This document shows positions 19,274-29,376 of a stretch of 64,000 nucleotides of DNA, piece after piece. Within the stretch, counting starts at the first letter, position 1, and every line of letters begins with the position of its first letter. The notes beneath the pieces were generated by a model, which saw nothing but the letters and a program-made list of their open reading frames with translations, searched no databases and was not told the origin of the DNA. This DNA is from Betaproteobacteria bacterium (GTDB taxonomy: Bacteria > Pseudomonadota > Gammaproteobacteria > Burkholderiales > Burkholderiaceae_C). The position numbers and the translations under genes were made by a program. The stretch lies in NCBI GenBank assembly GCA_009919175.1, contig RGCL01000006.1:2211-66210 (forward strand), in the 5' to 3' direction.

Positions 19274-20689
19274 TCAGAGCGAGTAGTACATGTCGTATTC
19301 CACCGGATGGGTGGCCATGCGAAAACGCGTGACTTCCTGCATCTTGAGGTCGATGTAGGCGTCGAGCATGCTGTCGGTGAAGACGCCGCCCTTGGTGAGG
19401 AAGCCACGGTCCTTGTCCAGATAGTCCAAAGCCTGATCCAGGCTGTGGCACACGGTGGGCACCAATGCATCTTCCTCGGGGGGCAGATGGTAGAGATCCT
19501 TGGTGGCGGCTTCGCCGGGATGGATTTTGTTTTCCACACCGTCCAGACCCGCCATCATCAGTGCAGCAAAGCACAGGTAAGGGTTGGCCATGGGATCGGG
19601 GAAACGCGCCTCGATGCGGCGGGCCTTGTCAGAGGCCACATGGGGGATGCGGATGGAGGCCGAACGGTTGCGGCTGGAGTAGGCCAGCTTGACAGGAGCC
19701 TCAAAGCCAGGGACCAGGCGCTTGTAGCTGTTGGTCGTGGGGTTGGTGATGGCGTTGAGGGCACGTGCGTGCTTGATGATGCCGCCGATGTAGTACAGGG
19801 CGAAGTCGCTCAAACCGGCATAGCCGCTGCCTGCGAACAGGTTCTTGCCTTCTTTCCAGATGGACTGGTGAACGTGCATGCCAGAGCCGTTGTCGCCCAC
19901 CAGGGGCTTGGGCATGAAGGTGGCGGTTTTGCCGTAGGTGTTGGCCACGTTCCAAACGACGTACTTGAGTTTTTGGGTCCAGTCGGCACGCTCAACCAGG
20001 GTGGAGAACTTGGTGCCGATCTCGTTTTGACCTGCGCCAGCCACTTCGTGGTGGAACACCTCAACGGGGATGCCAATCTCTTCGAGGATGGTGACCATGT
20101 CAGCGCGCATGTCTTGCGTGCTGTCAACCGGTGGCACGGGGAAATAGCCGCCCTTGACGGTGGGGCGGTGACCCCGGTTGCCGCCTTCGAGCTTGGCACC
20201 GGTGTTCCAGGGGGCTTCGTATTCGTCGATCTTGAAGAATGCGCCGGACATCTCATTGCCCCAGGTCACGTTGTCGAACACGAAGAACTCGGGCTCGGGA
20301 CCAAAGTAAGCGGTGTCACCAATGCCAGAGGCCTTGAGGTAGGCCTCAGCGCGCTTGGCAATCGAGCGGGGATCGCGGTCGTAGGCCTTGCCATCGCCGG
20401 GCTCGAGCACATCGCAGGTCAGCACCAGGGTGGGGTCCTGGAAGAAAGGGTCGACAAATGCTGTGCCGGCATCGGGCATGAGCAACATGTCAGAGGCTTC
20501 AATGCCTTTCCAACCCGCGATGGAAGAACCGTCGAAGGCATGACCGTCGGAAAACTTGTCCTCGTTGAAGGCGGAAATGGGCACGGAGACGTGTTGCTCT
20601 TTGCCACGGGTATCGGTGAAGCGGAAATCAACAAATTTGATTTCGTTGTCCTTGACGAGTTTCATCACGTCTGCGACGGTCTTGGCCAT
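19274..20689 (-). CDS. glnA: Glutamine synthetase type I
   Basis: [46 protein letters not shown]. Confidence 0.97.
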   Translation of the reverse strand: MAKTVADVMKLVKDNEIKFVDFRFTDTRGKEQHVSVPISAFNEDKFSDGHAFDGSSIAGWKGIEASDMLLMPDAGTAFVDPFFQDPTLVLTCDVLEPGDGKAYDRDPRSIAKRAEAYLKASGIGDTAYFGPEPEFFVFDNVTWGNEMSGAFFKIDEYEAPWNTGAKLEGGNRGHRPTVKGGYFPVPPVDSTQDMRADMVTILEEIGIPVEVFHHEVAGAGQNEIGTKFSTLVERADWTQKLKYVVWNVANTYGKTATFMPKPLVGDNGSGMHVHQSIWKEGKNLFAGSGYAGLSDFALYYIGGIIKHARALNAITNPTTNSYKRLVPGFEAPVKLAYSSRNRSASIRIPHVASDKARRIEARFPDPMANPYLCFAALMMAGLDGVENKIHPGEAATKDLYHLPPEEDALVPTVCHSLDQALDYLDKDRGFLTKGGVFTDSMLDAYIDLKMQEVTRFRMATHPVEYDMYYSL

Positions 20690-20740
20690 CTGGGATCTCC
20701 TAGAGAAGAAAGAAAAGTTACGTTGGAATGGATTCGATTG

Positions 20741-20756
20741 AGCAGAAACTGTGCCA
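20741..20756 (-). promoter_or_regulatory. Sigma54 (-24/-12) promoter of glnA
   Basis: Minus strand TGGCAC-AGTTT-CTGCT with GG-N10-GC spacing, about 50 bp upstream of the glnA ATG. Confidence 0.85.
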
Positions 20757-20884
20757 CATGGCGCCAACCCACCTGCCTTGAAACCAGAGGGCATTGTGCC
20801 TTGATCCGCCTGGGTTTTTCCCCGGCTTGCCAAATCATGCCTTGAGCCCAGGCCTCGCACCCCAGGCTCCGCGCACCTTAAAAA

Positions 20885-20901
20885 TGCACTGATTCAGTGC
20901 A
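20885..20901. promoter_or_regulatory. NtrC-binding enhancer palindrome
   Basis: TGCACTG-ATT-CAGTGCA, a 17-bp inverted repeat resembling TGCACCA-N3-TGGTGCA, about 130 bp upstream of the sigma54 site. Confidence 0.8.
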
Positions 20902-20908
20902 AAATGAA

Positions 20909-21739
20909 TCAACGCACCAATTCAGGGCCTAATTCTGCACCAAATTCGATCAGGCCATTCCTGAGGGTTTGAAATGCCTCGTCCACGTCGTTGGGGTGGC
21001 CCTTGACCCCCAACTCGATGTGTCGGCCATGGACCGGGTGATCCACGCTGGGCAGACTGAAGACCTTCACCTTGGGGTGCACGCTTTCACAGCGCTCCAT
21101 GAGCGGCGTGAGGCTGGCCTCCATGGCGCCAAACACCACCACCGAGCGTTCTTGCCAACTGCCTTTCTGGAACAAATGGGCGTGGTAGTGGTCCAAGGCC
21201 CAGGCCATCATGGGCCAAGCCATGACGGGAAAGCCCGGCACGAAATGCACCAGACCTTGCGAGCCCTTGCAGGTGAAGCCCGGAATCTTGTTGTAGGGGT
21301 TGGGAATGAGGGTCGCGCCTTGAGGAAACACCCCCATGTTGAGTCGGTGAACGTTGTCGGGATGATCGGGCTCGTAGGTTTTGCCTTGCTCGCGCGCCAA
21401 GTCGCGCATGCGCTCGCGGATGAGTGCCTCGGCCTGCGGGTGCAAGGCCAGCGGCAGCCCCAGAGCGCGGGCGGCACATTGGCGGGTGTGGTCATCGGGC
21501 GTGGCCCCAATGCCGCCAGTGGAGAAGGTGATGCCCGGGCGGGCGAATGCACGCCCCAGCGCATCGGTGATGTGATCGGGCGAATCGCCCACGTATTCGG
21601 CGCTCGCCAATGACAAGCCACGTTCAGTCAAGAGCTCGATGCAGCGGCTCATGTGCTTGTCTTGACGCTTGCCAGAGAGGATTTCATCGCCCACGATGAT
21701 GAGGTGAAAGTGGGTGGGCTGGTTTTCGGAATGACTCAT
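20909..21739 (-). CDS. CinA-like molybdopterin-binding-domain protein
   Basis: IIVGDEILSGKRQD, GGIGATPDD.T, PGFPVMAWPM. Confidence 0.85.
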   Translation of the reverse strand: MSHSENQPTHFHLIIVGDEILSGKRQDKHMSRCIELLTERGLSLASAEYVGDSPDHITDALGRAFARPGITFSTGGIGATPDDHTRQCAARALGLPLALHPQAEALIRERMRDLAREQGKTYEPDHPDNVHRLNMGVFPQGATLIPNPYNKIPGFTCKGSQGLVHFVPGFPVMAWPMMAWALDHYHAHLFQKGSWQERSVVVFGAMEASLTPLMERCESVHPKVKVFSLPSVDHPVHGRHIELGVKGHPNDVDEAFQTLRNGLIEFGAELGPELVR

Positions 21740-22572
21740 GGCATTGTGGGGGGCAAAACCCCGGTCGGTTGAGAAATGGCCTGCGAGCGCAAGTCCTGCA
21801 AGGCTTGCAAGCCGTGATGTGCAAACCACAAGGTGGTGAGCAAAAACACCCAGGTGTAGACCCACATGGCCAAGGGAGCCAACACCACAAAGAGGGCGGC
21901 AAACCACAGCATGGAGGACCACACGAGGCTGGGCAATGCGCCCATCATGCCGCTGGCCACACCCATGGCCAGCCATTGCCAGCGATGCGCTTGCAACACC
22001 TCTTGCAGCTCTTGCTGCGTGGCCCACTCGGACAAGACATCCAGCAGCATCACCCGCTGCGTCAACCAGCCCAGGATCAGGGCCGGGCACAGCAAGCCCA
22101 ACGGAGGAATCAGCCACAGCGGCAAGCTCAAGACCAGCAGGCACACCGCCACCAGCGTCACGCGCAAACTGGACCAGGAGACTCGCCACCATGACCACTC
22201 GGAACGTTGCTCCAGCTGTGGAAAGCGGCGCTGAGCGACCCAGCGCGTGAGGGGGCCGGCGGCCAACAAAGACACCATGACCAGCGAGAGCACGATGAGC
22301 AGGGGCGACACCAGCGCAATCACCACCACGGGTGCCATCACTGCGTTCAACAAATGCTGGCCACTGGCGGGTATCCAGGCTTGCAGGCTTTGAGCCCAGG
22401 GGTTCATGGCCCAGAGGTCTCGGATCAAGGCCTGAGCAGGTTCCCAAAACCAATACCCCCACACCCACACCAGCACCGTGAGGATGACCATGGGCAGCAC
22501 GGCCAAGGCCAGGGCTCGGGGCATGAGGCTGTAGCCCAAGGCCCGAAAGAAATTGCTGCTGATGCGAATCAT
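21736..22572 (-). CDS. EI24/CysZ-like membrane protein
   Basis: Multi-TM protein; LWLIPPL..GWLT.R...D.L pattern; overlaps the cinA-like start. Confidence 0.65.
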   Translation of the reverse strand: MIRISSNFFRALGYSLMPRALALAVLPMVILTVLVWVWGYWFWEPAQALIRDLWAMNPWAQSLQAWIPASGQHLLNAVMAPVVVIALVSPLLIVLSLVMVSLLAAGPLTRWVAQRRFPQLEQRSEWSWWRVSWSSLRVTLVAVCLLVLSLPLWLIPPLGLLCPALILGWLTQRVMLLDVLSEWATQQELQEVLQAHRWQWLAMGVASGMMGALPSLVWSSMLWFAALFVVLAPLAMWVYTWVFLLTTLWFAHHGLQALQDLRSQAISQPTGVLPPTMP

Positions 22573-23873
22573 GTGCTGCCCACCCGATCACGTTCGGCCT
22601 GTTCAACCGCTTCGTCCCAATCGATGCGGGACAGGATCCACAAGCCCAGGAGGAACAACAATGAGGTCACGGCAATGGCCAAGCGCTGCTGTCCGCCACT
22701 GCCCCAGGTCACCAGTCCATACAGCAAGGGACCCACGATGGCCGCCATGCGCATGGCCACTGACCAGAGTGCAAACATTTGTGCGGTGCGTTCGGGCGGG
22801 GTGAGGCGAGCGACCATGGCGCGTCCAATCGATTGACTCGCCCCCATGCAAAAGCCTGCAATGGCGCAGGCCACCCAGAACCACGACACGTTCGGACTCA
22901 AGGCTGCCAGCAAGCACACCGTCACCCAGCCCCACAAGGTCCAGCGCAGGGTGCGCACATGACCCAGGTGGTCCTGCAGCCAGCCCAGGCCCCATGCCCC
23001 TGCCAGCGCAGCGATGTTGAGCAGGAAGATGAGCATCATGGTGTCTTGCTTGCTCATGCCCATTTCACCCTCGGCATAAATCGCGGCCACCGCAATGGCC
23101 ACAGCCACGCCAGCCTGGTAAGCAACGATGCATTGCAACAAGCGCCACACGGGGCGCCGTGCATGAGCCCAGCGTGCGGCGTCACGCAGGGTGTGCCAAC
23201 TGCGCGAGAGAGCGGCACGCCCTGAGGCATCACGCTGGGGCTGTGCGCGCTCGGGCAATCGCAAAAAGGTGTAGCTGCCTGCCGTGAGAAAAATCACTGC
23301 GGTGATCCACAGGGTGGGGGGCACCACCTCGGCCGCGGAGCCGCCCTGCCCCATGCCGCGAATCACCCAGAACAAACACAGGGCCAGAGTGAGCATGCCG
23401 CCCACATAGCCCCAAGCCCAACCCCAGCCACTGACCTTGCCCATGGCTTCGGGTTTGGCCAGCTCAGGCAAGAAAGCGGCGATGAGGGCTTCGCCGGCGC
23501 TGTAGGCCACGTTGGACACCACCACCCACAACACCGCCCAGGCCAGATCGCCCGGACCTGCCCAGCCCAGCGCAAAGGTGCCCAGCACACACACCAGGGT
23601 ACTGAGCCACAGTGCACTTTTCTTTTTGGCATGACGGTCACACCACGCGCCAACGACAGGCATGGTCAGCATGACGATGGCATGCGACAGGCTCAAGCTG
23701 GCGGTCCACAACAAGGTTGCCCATGGAGCACCGCCGGCCACCACCCCAACGAAGTAGGTAGCAAACACCGCCGTGAGCACCACCGTGGTGTAGCCAGAGT
23801 TGGCGAAGTCGTACATGGCCCAGGCAAACACCTCGCTGCGCTTGACGCCGGGTAAGAGGGCAGATGGCTTCAT
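22569..23873 (-). CDS. MFS transporter (UMF1/ATG22-like)
   Basis: AWAMYDFANSGYTTVV signature; about 12 TM. Confidence 0.85.
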   Translation of the reverse strand: MKPSALLPGVKRSEVFAWAMYDFANSGYTTVVLTAVFATYFVGVVAGGAPWATLLWTASLSLSHAIVMLTMPVVGAWCDRHAKKKSALWLSTLVCVLGTFALGWAGPGDLAWAVLWVVVSNVAYSAGEALIAAFLPELAKPEAMGKVSGWGWAWGYVGGMLTLALCLFWVIRGMGQGGSAAEVVPPTLWITAVIFLTAGSYTFLRLPERAQPQRDASGRAALSRSWHTLRDAARWAHARRPVWRLLQCIVAYQAGVAVAIAVAAIYAEGEMGMSKQDTMMLIFLLNIAALAGAWGLGWLQDHLGHVRTLRWTLWGWVTVCLLAALSPNVSWFWVACAIAGFCMGASQSIGRAMVARLTPPERTAQMFALWSVAMRMAAIVGPLLYGLVTWGSGGQQRLAIAVTSLLFLLGLWILSRIDWDEAVEQAERDRVGST

Positions 23874-23951
23874 GTCGTGTGCGTGAAAGTGAATGCGGAT
23901 TGTCCGTGAAAAGGAATGCACCGGCCTGCCAAGTGAGTTGCGCTGAGTGAC

Positions 23952-25145
23952 TCAGGATGCGTCTGCACGCCGCTGAGGCAAGCCATGAAACACCGCAGCC
24001 GCACTCAGGCTCAAGGCCACCGTGAGCCCCAGGGCAGCCAAACCCCAGCGGTCCAGGCACACGCCAAACAGCCAGGGTGCAGCCGCTTGTGCGATGCGCG
24101 CAGGCACCATGAGCCAGCCTTGACGGTGGCCATAGGCACTCGGTCCCATCAGCACCAGGGGCAAGGTGCCTTTGGCGATGGTGAGCACGCCATTGCCCGC
24201 GCCATGCAAGACGGCAAACACCGCTGCCCAGGGGGCACCCAAGGTCACCATGAGGACCACGCCCAACGGATGTGCCAGCGCCGCAAGCCGCGCACTCACC
24301 AGCGGGTGGGACTTGCGAATCAGACTGAACTCGAGCCAACGCGCGCCCACCTGGGCGGGGCCAATCAAGGCTCCCATGGCCACCGCCGCCACCAAGCCCA
24401 GGCCTGCGAGCTGCAGCACGCGGGGAAAGTGAGCGGCCATGGCGGTACTGACAAACCAGGCCACGCCAAACGAATAGGCCAAGCCCCACCAGATGCGCCA
24501 ATCCACAGGAGGGGGCTCAGGGTCATCGGTAGAACTGACCGCTGGGGCAGTCGCAGAGTGCGCCACGGCGGGCAACGGCTTGGCGCCAGACACCCAGGCA
24601 TTCAAGGGCAAGGCCACCAGCAAGTGCAAAGCCACCCAGCCCCAGCACGCACCGCGCCAGCCCCAATGCACCTCCATCCATGCGGTGAGCGGCCAGCCGA
24701 CGGTGCTGGCAAAGCCGGCAATCAGGGTGATGCCGGTGATGGGCGCGCGGGACTGATCACGAAACAGCTTCACCAGCGTGGCAAACGCCGCCTCGTAAAG
24801 ACCTGACCCCATGGCCACACCCAGGACGCACCAGGCCAGGAGCAACTGCGAATAGGTTTGCGCAAGCGCCAGACCCGCCAAGCCCAGAGCAAAGACGAAG
24901 TTCACCAGCATCAAGACGGGGCGACCGCCCCAGCGATCGATGGCGCGCCCTGCGACGGGACCCACGACGGCACTGACCAGCATGGCCAGGGAAAAAGCCA
25001 GAAAGATGTCTGGGATGTCCACGCCCAAACCCTTGGCCATGGGCTCGGCGAGGACCGCAGGCAGGTAATAACTCGAACCCCAGGCCAGGGTCTGGGCCAC
25101 GCCCAGCACCAGCACATTGCGAAGCGTGGGTGGGCTCACGGGCAA
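23952..25145 (-). CDS. MFS transporter (resembles ArsK-type efflux family)
   Basis: LGVAQTLAWGSSYYLPA, ITLIAGFASTVGWP, LIGPAQVGAR, HGAGNGVLTI. Confidence 0.75.
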   Translation of the reverse strand: MPVSPPTLRNVLVLGVAQTLAWGSSYYLPAVLAEPMAKGLGVDIPDIFLAFSLAMLVSAVVGPVAGRAIDRWGGRPVLMLVNFVFALGLAGLALAQTYSQLLLAWCVLGVAMGSGLYEAAFATLVKLFRDQSRAPITGITLIAGFASTVGWPLTAWMEVHWGWRGACWGWVALHLLVALPLNAWVSGAKPLPAVAHSATAPAVSSTDDPEPPPVDWRIWWGLAYSFGVAWFVSTAMAAHFPRVLQLAGLGLVAAVAMGALIGPAQVGARWLEFSLIRKSHPLVSARLAALAHPLGVVLMVTLGAPWAAVFAVLHGAGNGVLTIAKGTLPLVLMGPSAYGHRQGWLMVPARIAQAAAPWLFGVCLDRWGLAALGLTVALSLSAAAVFHGLPQRRADAS

Positions 25146-25163
25146 TTGCCCCAGGTAAGGAGG

Positions 25164-26900
25164 TCAGTGGTTGTCTTTGGGCACCGCAGCACCACGCTGA
25201 CCCCGCAAGAAGTCGAGGTCCGCACCCTCATCGGCTTGCAGCACGTGATCGATGTAGAGCTTCCAGTAGCCGCTTTGCATGGCGGGCTCTGGGGGTTTCC
25301 AGGCGGCACGACGGCGAGCCAGTTCTTGATCATCGACATGCAGGTGCAGCTTTCTCTGGGGCACATCCAGGGTGATGGTGTCGCCATTTTGAACCAGCGC
25401 CAAAGGGCCACCGGCTGCAGCTTCTGGGGCGGTGTGCAACACCACCGTGCCATAGGCCGTACCACTCATGCGCGCATCGGAGATGCGCACCATGTCGGTC
25501 ACCCCTTTGCGCAGCACCTTCGGGGGCAAGGGCATGTTGCCCACTTCAGCCATGCCGGGGTAGCCCTTGGGACCGCAGTTCTTGAGCACCAGGATGCAGG
25601 TTTCGTCCACATCGAGTTGTTCGTCATCAATGCGGCGATGAAAGTCATCGCTGTCTTCAAACACCACGGCACGCCCCGTGTGAACCATGAGCGAGGGCGT
25701 GGCGGCGCTGGGCTTGATCACGGCGCCACGAGGCGCCAGGTTGCCGCGAAGAATGGCAATGCCTGCCTTTTCCTTGAAGGGCTTGGCCAGAGAACGGATC
25801 ACCTTGGGGTTGTAGTTCTCGGCGGGGGCAATGTTCTCGCCAACCGTTTGACCACTCACGGTCAGGGCTTGGGTGTGCAGGTGCTGGGCGATTTCCTTCA
25901 TCACCACCGGCAAGCCGCCGGCATAGCAAAAGTCTTCCATCAGGTATTGGCCTGAGGGCTGCAAATCCACCAGACAGGGCATCTCGCTGCCCAGCTTTTC
26001 AAAGTCGTCGATGTTCAAGGGCACGCCCAGTCGGCCAGCAATGGCAATCAGGTGAATGACCGCGTTGGTGCTGCCGCCAATGGCCGCCAAGGTGCGGATG
26101 GCGTTTTCAAAAGCCTCGCGGGTGAGGATTTGCGAGATGCGCACATCGTCCTTGACCATTTGCACGATGCGCCGGCCCGCTTCACGGGCGAGCACGTTGC
26201 GCCGACCATCCACGGCGGGGTAAGCCGCATTGCCTGGCAAACCAATGCCCAGGGCTTCGACCATGCTGGCCATGGTGGAGGCTGTGCCCATGGTCATGCA
26301 GTGGCCGTGGCTGCGGTGCATGCAGCTCTCGGCCTCGAAAAAGTCCTGAAGCTTGAGCGTGCCCGCACGCACTTGCTCACTCATGCTCCACACGCCCGTG
26401 CCCGAGCCCAGTTCCTGGCCGCGCCATTTGCCGTTGAGCATGGGTCCGCCGCTCACCCCAATGGTGGGCAGGTTGACGCTGGAGGCTCCCATGAGCAGGC
26501 TGGGTGTGGTCTTGTCACAGCCCATGAGCAACACCACACCATCGATGGGATTGCCGCGAATGCTCTCTTCCACATCCATGCTGGCGAGGTTGCGATACAG
26601 CATGGCCGTGGGGCGCAACAAGGTTTCACCCAGGGACATGACTGGGAATTCCAGTGGGAAGCCGCCAGCCTCATAGACACCAATCTTGACCTGCTCGGCG
26701 AGGGTGCGAAAGTGTGAGTTGCACGGGGTCAGCTCGCTGAAGGTGTTGCAAATGCCAATGACCGGGCGGCCATCGAACTGGTCGTGCGGCACCCCTTTGC
26801 CTTTGACCCAGCTGCGGTAGGCAAAACCGTCACGGTCCTGACGACCAAACCAGGCTTGTGAACGAAGGGGTTTTTTGGAAGAGGAATCCGATTGGCTCAT
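25164..26900 (-). CDS. IlvD/Edd-family sugar-acid dehydratase
   Basis: SELTPCN, GCDKTTP, HCMTMGTASTM, GGSTN, DARMSGT; L-arabinonate-dehydratase-like clade. Confidence 0.88.
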   Translation of the reverse strand: MSQSDSSSKKPLRSQAWFGRQDRDGFAYRSWVKGKGVPHDQFDGRPVIGICNTFSELTPCNSHFRTLAEQVKIGVYEAGGFPLEFPVMSLGETLLRPTAMLYRNLASMDVEESIRGNPIDGVVLLMGCDKTTPSLLMGASSVNLPTIGVSGGPMLNGKWRGQELGSGTGVWSMSEQVRAGTLKLQDFFEAESCMHRSHGHCMTMGTASTMASMVEALGIGLPGNAAYPAVDGRRNVLAREAGRRIVQMVKDDVRISQILTREAFENAIRTLAAIGGSTNAVIHLIAIAGRLGVPLNIDDFEKLGSEMPCLVDLQPSGQYLMEDFCYAGGLPVVMKEIAQHLHTQALTVSGQTVGENIAPAENYNPKVIRSLAKPFKEKAGIAILRGNLAPRGAVIKPSAATPSLMVHTGRAVVFEDSDDFHRRIDDEQLDVDETCILVLKNCGPKGYPGMAEVGNMPLPPKVLRKGVTDMVRISDARMSGTAYGTVVLHTAPEAAAGGPLALVQNGDTITLDVPQRKLHLHVDDQELARRRAAWKPPEPAMQSGYWKLYIDHVLQADEGADLDFLRGQRGAAVPKDNH

Positions 26901-26935
26901 GGCAGATGTGACTCGATGGAGGGTTGTTTTCAATC

Positions 26936-26945
26936 ATCATACGAT
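26936..26945. promoter_or_regulatory. Candidate operator of the FadR-family regulator
   Basis: ATCATACGAT, one mismatch from the palindrome ATCATATGAT, in the short divergent spacer. Confidence 0.4.
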
Positions 26946-26957
26946 AAGATGACCGCC

Positions 26958-27524
26958 ATGAAAGCCATCCCTGTCACTCGAGAACAGCCCTCACCCGCTC
27001 CTTTGCGGGTGGTGGTGATGGGCGTGAGCGGTTGCGGCAAGTCCACCATTGCCGAAGGGCTTTCCAAGGCCTTGAATTGGGCCTACATCGAGGGTGATCA
27101 GCACCATCCCCAGCCCAACATCGCCAAGATGTCGGCGGGCATCGCCCTCGACGATGACGACCGCGCCGGCTGGCTGGATGTCCTGGCTGGTTTCATCCAC
27201 ACCAGCGCCCAACGCCAAGAAGGTCTGGTGCTCACCTGCTCTGCGCTCAAGCGCAAATACCGAGACCGCTTTCGCCAGGCCGACCCCGAGGTACATTTCA
27301 TTCACCTCACCGGTACCAAAGACGACATCGGTCCTCGCCTGGCCTTGCGCCAAGGCCACTACATGCCACCGAGCTTGCTCGACAGTCAATTTCGTGACCT
27401 TGAACCCCCGGCAGCGGACGAGCGGGCACTGGGCATTTCGGTGCTCAACGACCCGCAACACATCGTCGAGCAGGCCATGCTGCACCTCGCCCCCTCCATC
27501 CCCACAGCGCCCAACCCAACATGA
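26958..27524 (+). CDS. gntK: Gluconokinase (alternative start 26949)
   Basis: MGVSGCGKST, EGDQHH, CSALKRKYR, HYMPPSLLDSQF. Confidence 0.9.
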   Translation: MKAIPVTREQPSPAPLRVVVMGVSGCGKSTIAEGLSKALNWAYIEGDQHHPQPNIAKMSAGIALDDDDRAGWLDVLAGFIHTSAQRQEGLVLTCSALKRKYRDRFRQADPEVHFIHLTGTKDDIGPRLALRQGHYMPPSLLDSQFRDLEPPAADERALGISVLNDPQHIVEQAMLHLAPSIPTAPNPT

Positions 27525-28291
27525 TCAACGCCCAAACTTTCAGCCTCAGCGGCCGCTTGGCCCTTGTCACCGGCTCCTCCACTGGCATCGGCTTTGCCCT
27601 GGCTCGCGGCCTAGCGCAAGCGGGAGCTGAAGTGATCATCAATGCGCGATCGGCTGATCGCGTGGCGCAAGCGGTTGAAACGCTGCGCAGCGAAGGTCAC
27701 AAGGTGCATGCCCAGGTGTTTGATGTGACCCACGAGGGGCAGGTCCAGCATGCCATTGCCCGCATTGAACAAGACATTGGGCCTTTGCACATCCTGGTCA
27801 ATAACGCGGGCATGACCCGCCGTGCCCCACTGCATGAATTCACCTTTGAGGCCTGGCAGCAAATCATGCAAACCAACCTCGATAGCGTGTTCCTGGTGAG
27901 CCGCTCGGTGGTGCAGCACATGCTGCCACGCAAAAGCGGGCGCATCATCAACATTTGCTCCGTGCAGTCTGAGCTGGGTCGCCCAGGCATTTCGCCCTAC
28001 ATGGCCACCAAGGGGGGCTTGAAGATGCTCACCAAAGGCATGGCCATCGATTGGGGGCCACACGGCATCAACGTCAATGGCTTGGGACCCGGCTATTTCA
28101 AAACCGAATTGACGCAGGCCCTGGTCAACGACGAGACCTTCAGCAACTGGCTGACCCAGCGCACGCCTTCTCGCCGCTGGGGCAACGTCGAGGAGCTGGC
28201 ACCCGCCGTCGTGTTCCTGGCCAGTGACGCAGGCGCGTTTGTGAACGGCCATGTGCTGTATGTCGATGGCGGCGTCACCGCCCAACTCTGA
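27521..28291 (+). CDS. idnO: Gluconate 5-dehydrogenase (SDR)
   Basis: TGSSTGIG, NNAG, CSVQSELGRPGISPYMATKGG, RTPSRRWG. Confidence 0.88.
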   Translation: MINAQTFSLSGRLALVTGSSTGIGFALARGLAQAGAEVIINARSADRVAQAVETLRSEGHKVHAQVFDVTHEGQVQHAIARIEQDIGPLHILVNNAGMTRRAPLHEFTFEAWQQIMQTNLDSVFLVSRSVVQHMLPRKSGRIINICSVQSELGRPGISPYMATKGGLKMLTKGMAIDWGPHGINVNGLGPGYFKTELTQALVNDETFSNWLTQRTPSRRWGNVEELAPAVVFLASDAGAFVNGHVLYVDGGVTAQL

Positions 28292-28314
28292 ACCCCATTT
28301 GTGAAGGACTTCTC

Positions 28315-29367
28315 ATGAAAGCATTGGTTTGCCACGCTCCCCACGACTTGCGACTGCAAGATTGGCCCAGCGACGCCCTTGCCCCCCACCAATTGCGGGT
28401 GAAGGTGGCCTTTGGCGGGATTTGCGGATCGGATTTGCACTACTTCCACCAAGGTGGGTTTGGCACTGTGCGCATCCAGCACCCCATGGTGCTGGGGCAC
28501 GAGGTGTCAGGGGTGATTGCTGAAGTGGGTGAGGCCGTTGCGCGCGCCGATCTCAAAGTGGGTGATCGCATTGCCATTTCACCCTCACGCCCCTGCGGCC
28601 ATTGCGAATACTGCTTGCAAGGCATGCCCAACCATTGCCTGGACATGCGCTTTTACGGTAGCGCCATGCGCAACCCCCACATCCATGGTGCATTTGCCGA
28701 AGAGGTGGTGATCGATGCCCACCAGGCTCATGTGCTGGCACCCAGCGTGAGCTTGTCCATGGCGGCTTGTGCCGAGCCCATCTCGGTGGGTCTGCATGCA
28801 ATCAGGCGCGCGGGGTCTGTGTTTGGCAAAACGGTGATGGTCACGGGTTGTGGCCCCATTGGCAACTTGCTCATCGGTGGCCTTCGCCGTGCTGGTGCGG
28901 CACGCATCGTGGCGGTGGATGTGAGCGACTTTCCCCTGAGCGTGGCGCGCGCCATGGGGGCTGATGACACCATCAACCTCACGACCCAGGCTGACTTGCT
29001 CGAACCGCTCAAGCGTGACAAAGGTCGCATCGATGTGATGTTTGAGGCATCGGGTCACCCCAGTGCATTGCAAGCCAACCTCGAACTGGTCAAACCCCGT
29101 GGGGTGGTGGTGTGCGTGGGGGTTGGCAACGACATCACCCTGCCCATCAGTCGCGTGGTGGCCAAAGAACTCGAGTTGCGCGGCACGTTCCGCTTCCACG
29201 AAGAGTTCGCCACCGCCGTTGGCTTCCTCAATGAAGGTCTGATCGACCCTCGCCCCGTGATTTCACACACCGTGCCCAGCCTCAAAGCACAAGACGGTTT
29301 CCTCTTGGCCGGCGACAAATCCCAGGCCATGAAGGTTCAGATCGACTTTGGCGCAGTGCCTGCCTGA
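28315..29367 (+). CDS. idnD: L-idonate 5-dehydrogenase (Zn-MDR)
   Basis: GICGSDLHYF, LGHE, CGHCEYC...C, KELELRGTFRFHEEF. Confidence 0.87.
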   Translation: MKALVCHAPHDLRLQDWPSDALAPHQLRVKVAFGGICGSDLHYFHQGGFGTVRIQHPMVLGHEVSGVIAEVGEAVARADLKVGDRIAISPSRPCGHCEYCLQGMPNHCLDMRFYGSAMRNPHIHGAFAEEVVIDAHQAHVLAPSVSLSMAACAEPISVGLHAIRRAGSVFGKTVMVTGCGPIGNLLIGGLRRAGAARIVAVDVSDFPLSVARAMGADDTINLTTQADLLEPLKRDKGRIDVMFEASGHPSALQANLELVKPRGVVVCVGVGNDITLPISRVVAKELELRGTFRFHEEFATAVGFLNEGLIDPRPVISHTVPSLKAQDGFLLAGDKSQAMKVQIDFGAVPA

Positions 29368-29376
29368 CCTACCCAC

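Noticed and set aside
19247-20845. 532-aa ORF antisense to glnA, and similar long shadow ORFs (2899-3930, 7345-8490, 54628-55806)
   Set aside because: They fully overlap well-supported genes, have no recognisable motifs, and are expected from codon bias in GC-rich DNA.
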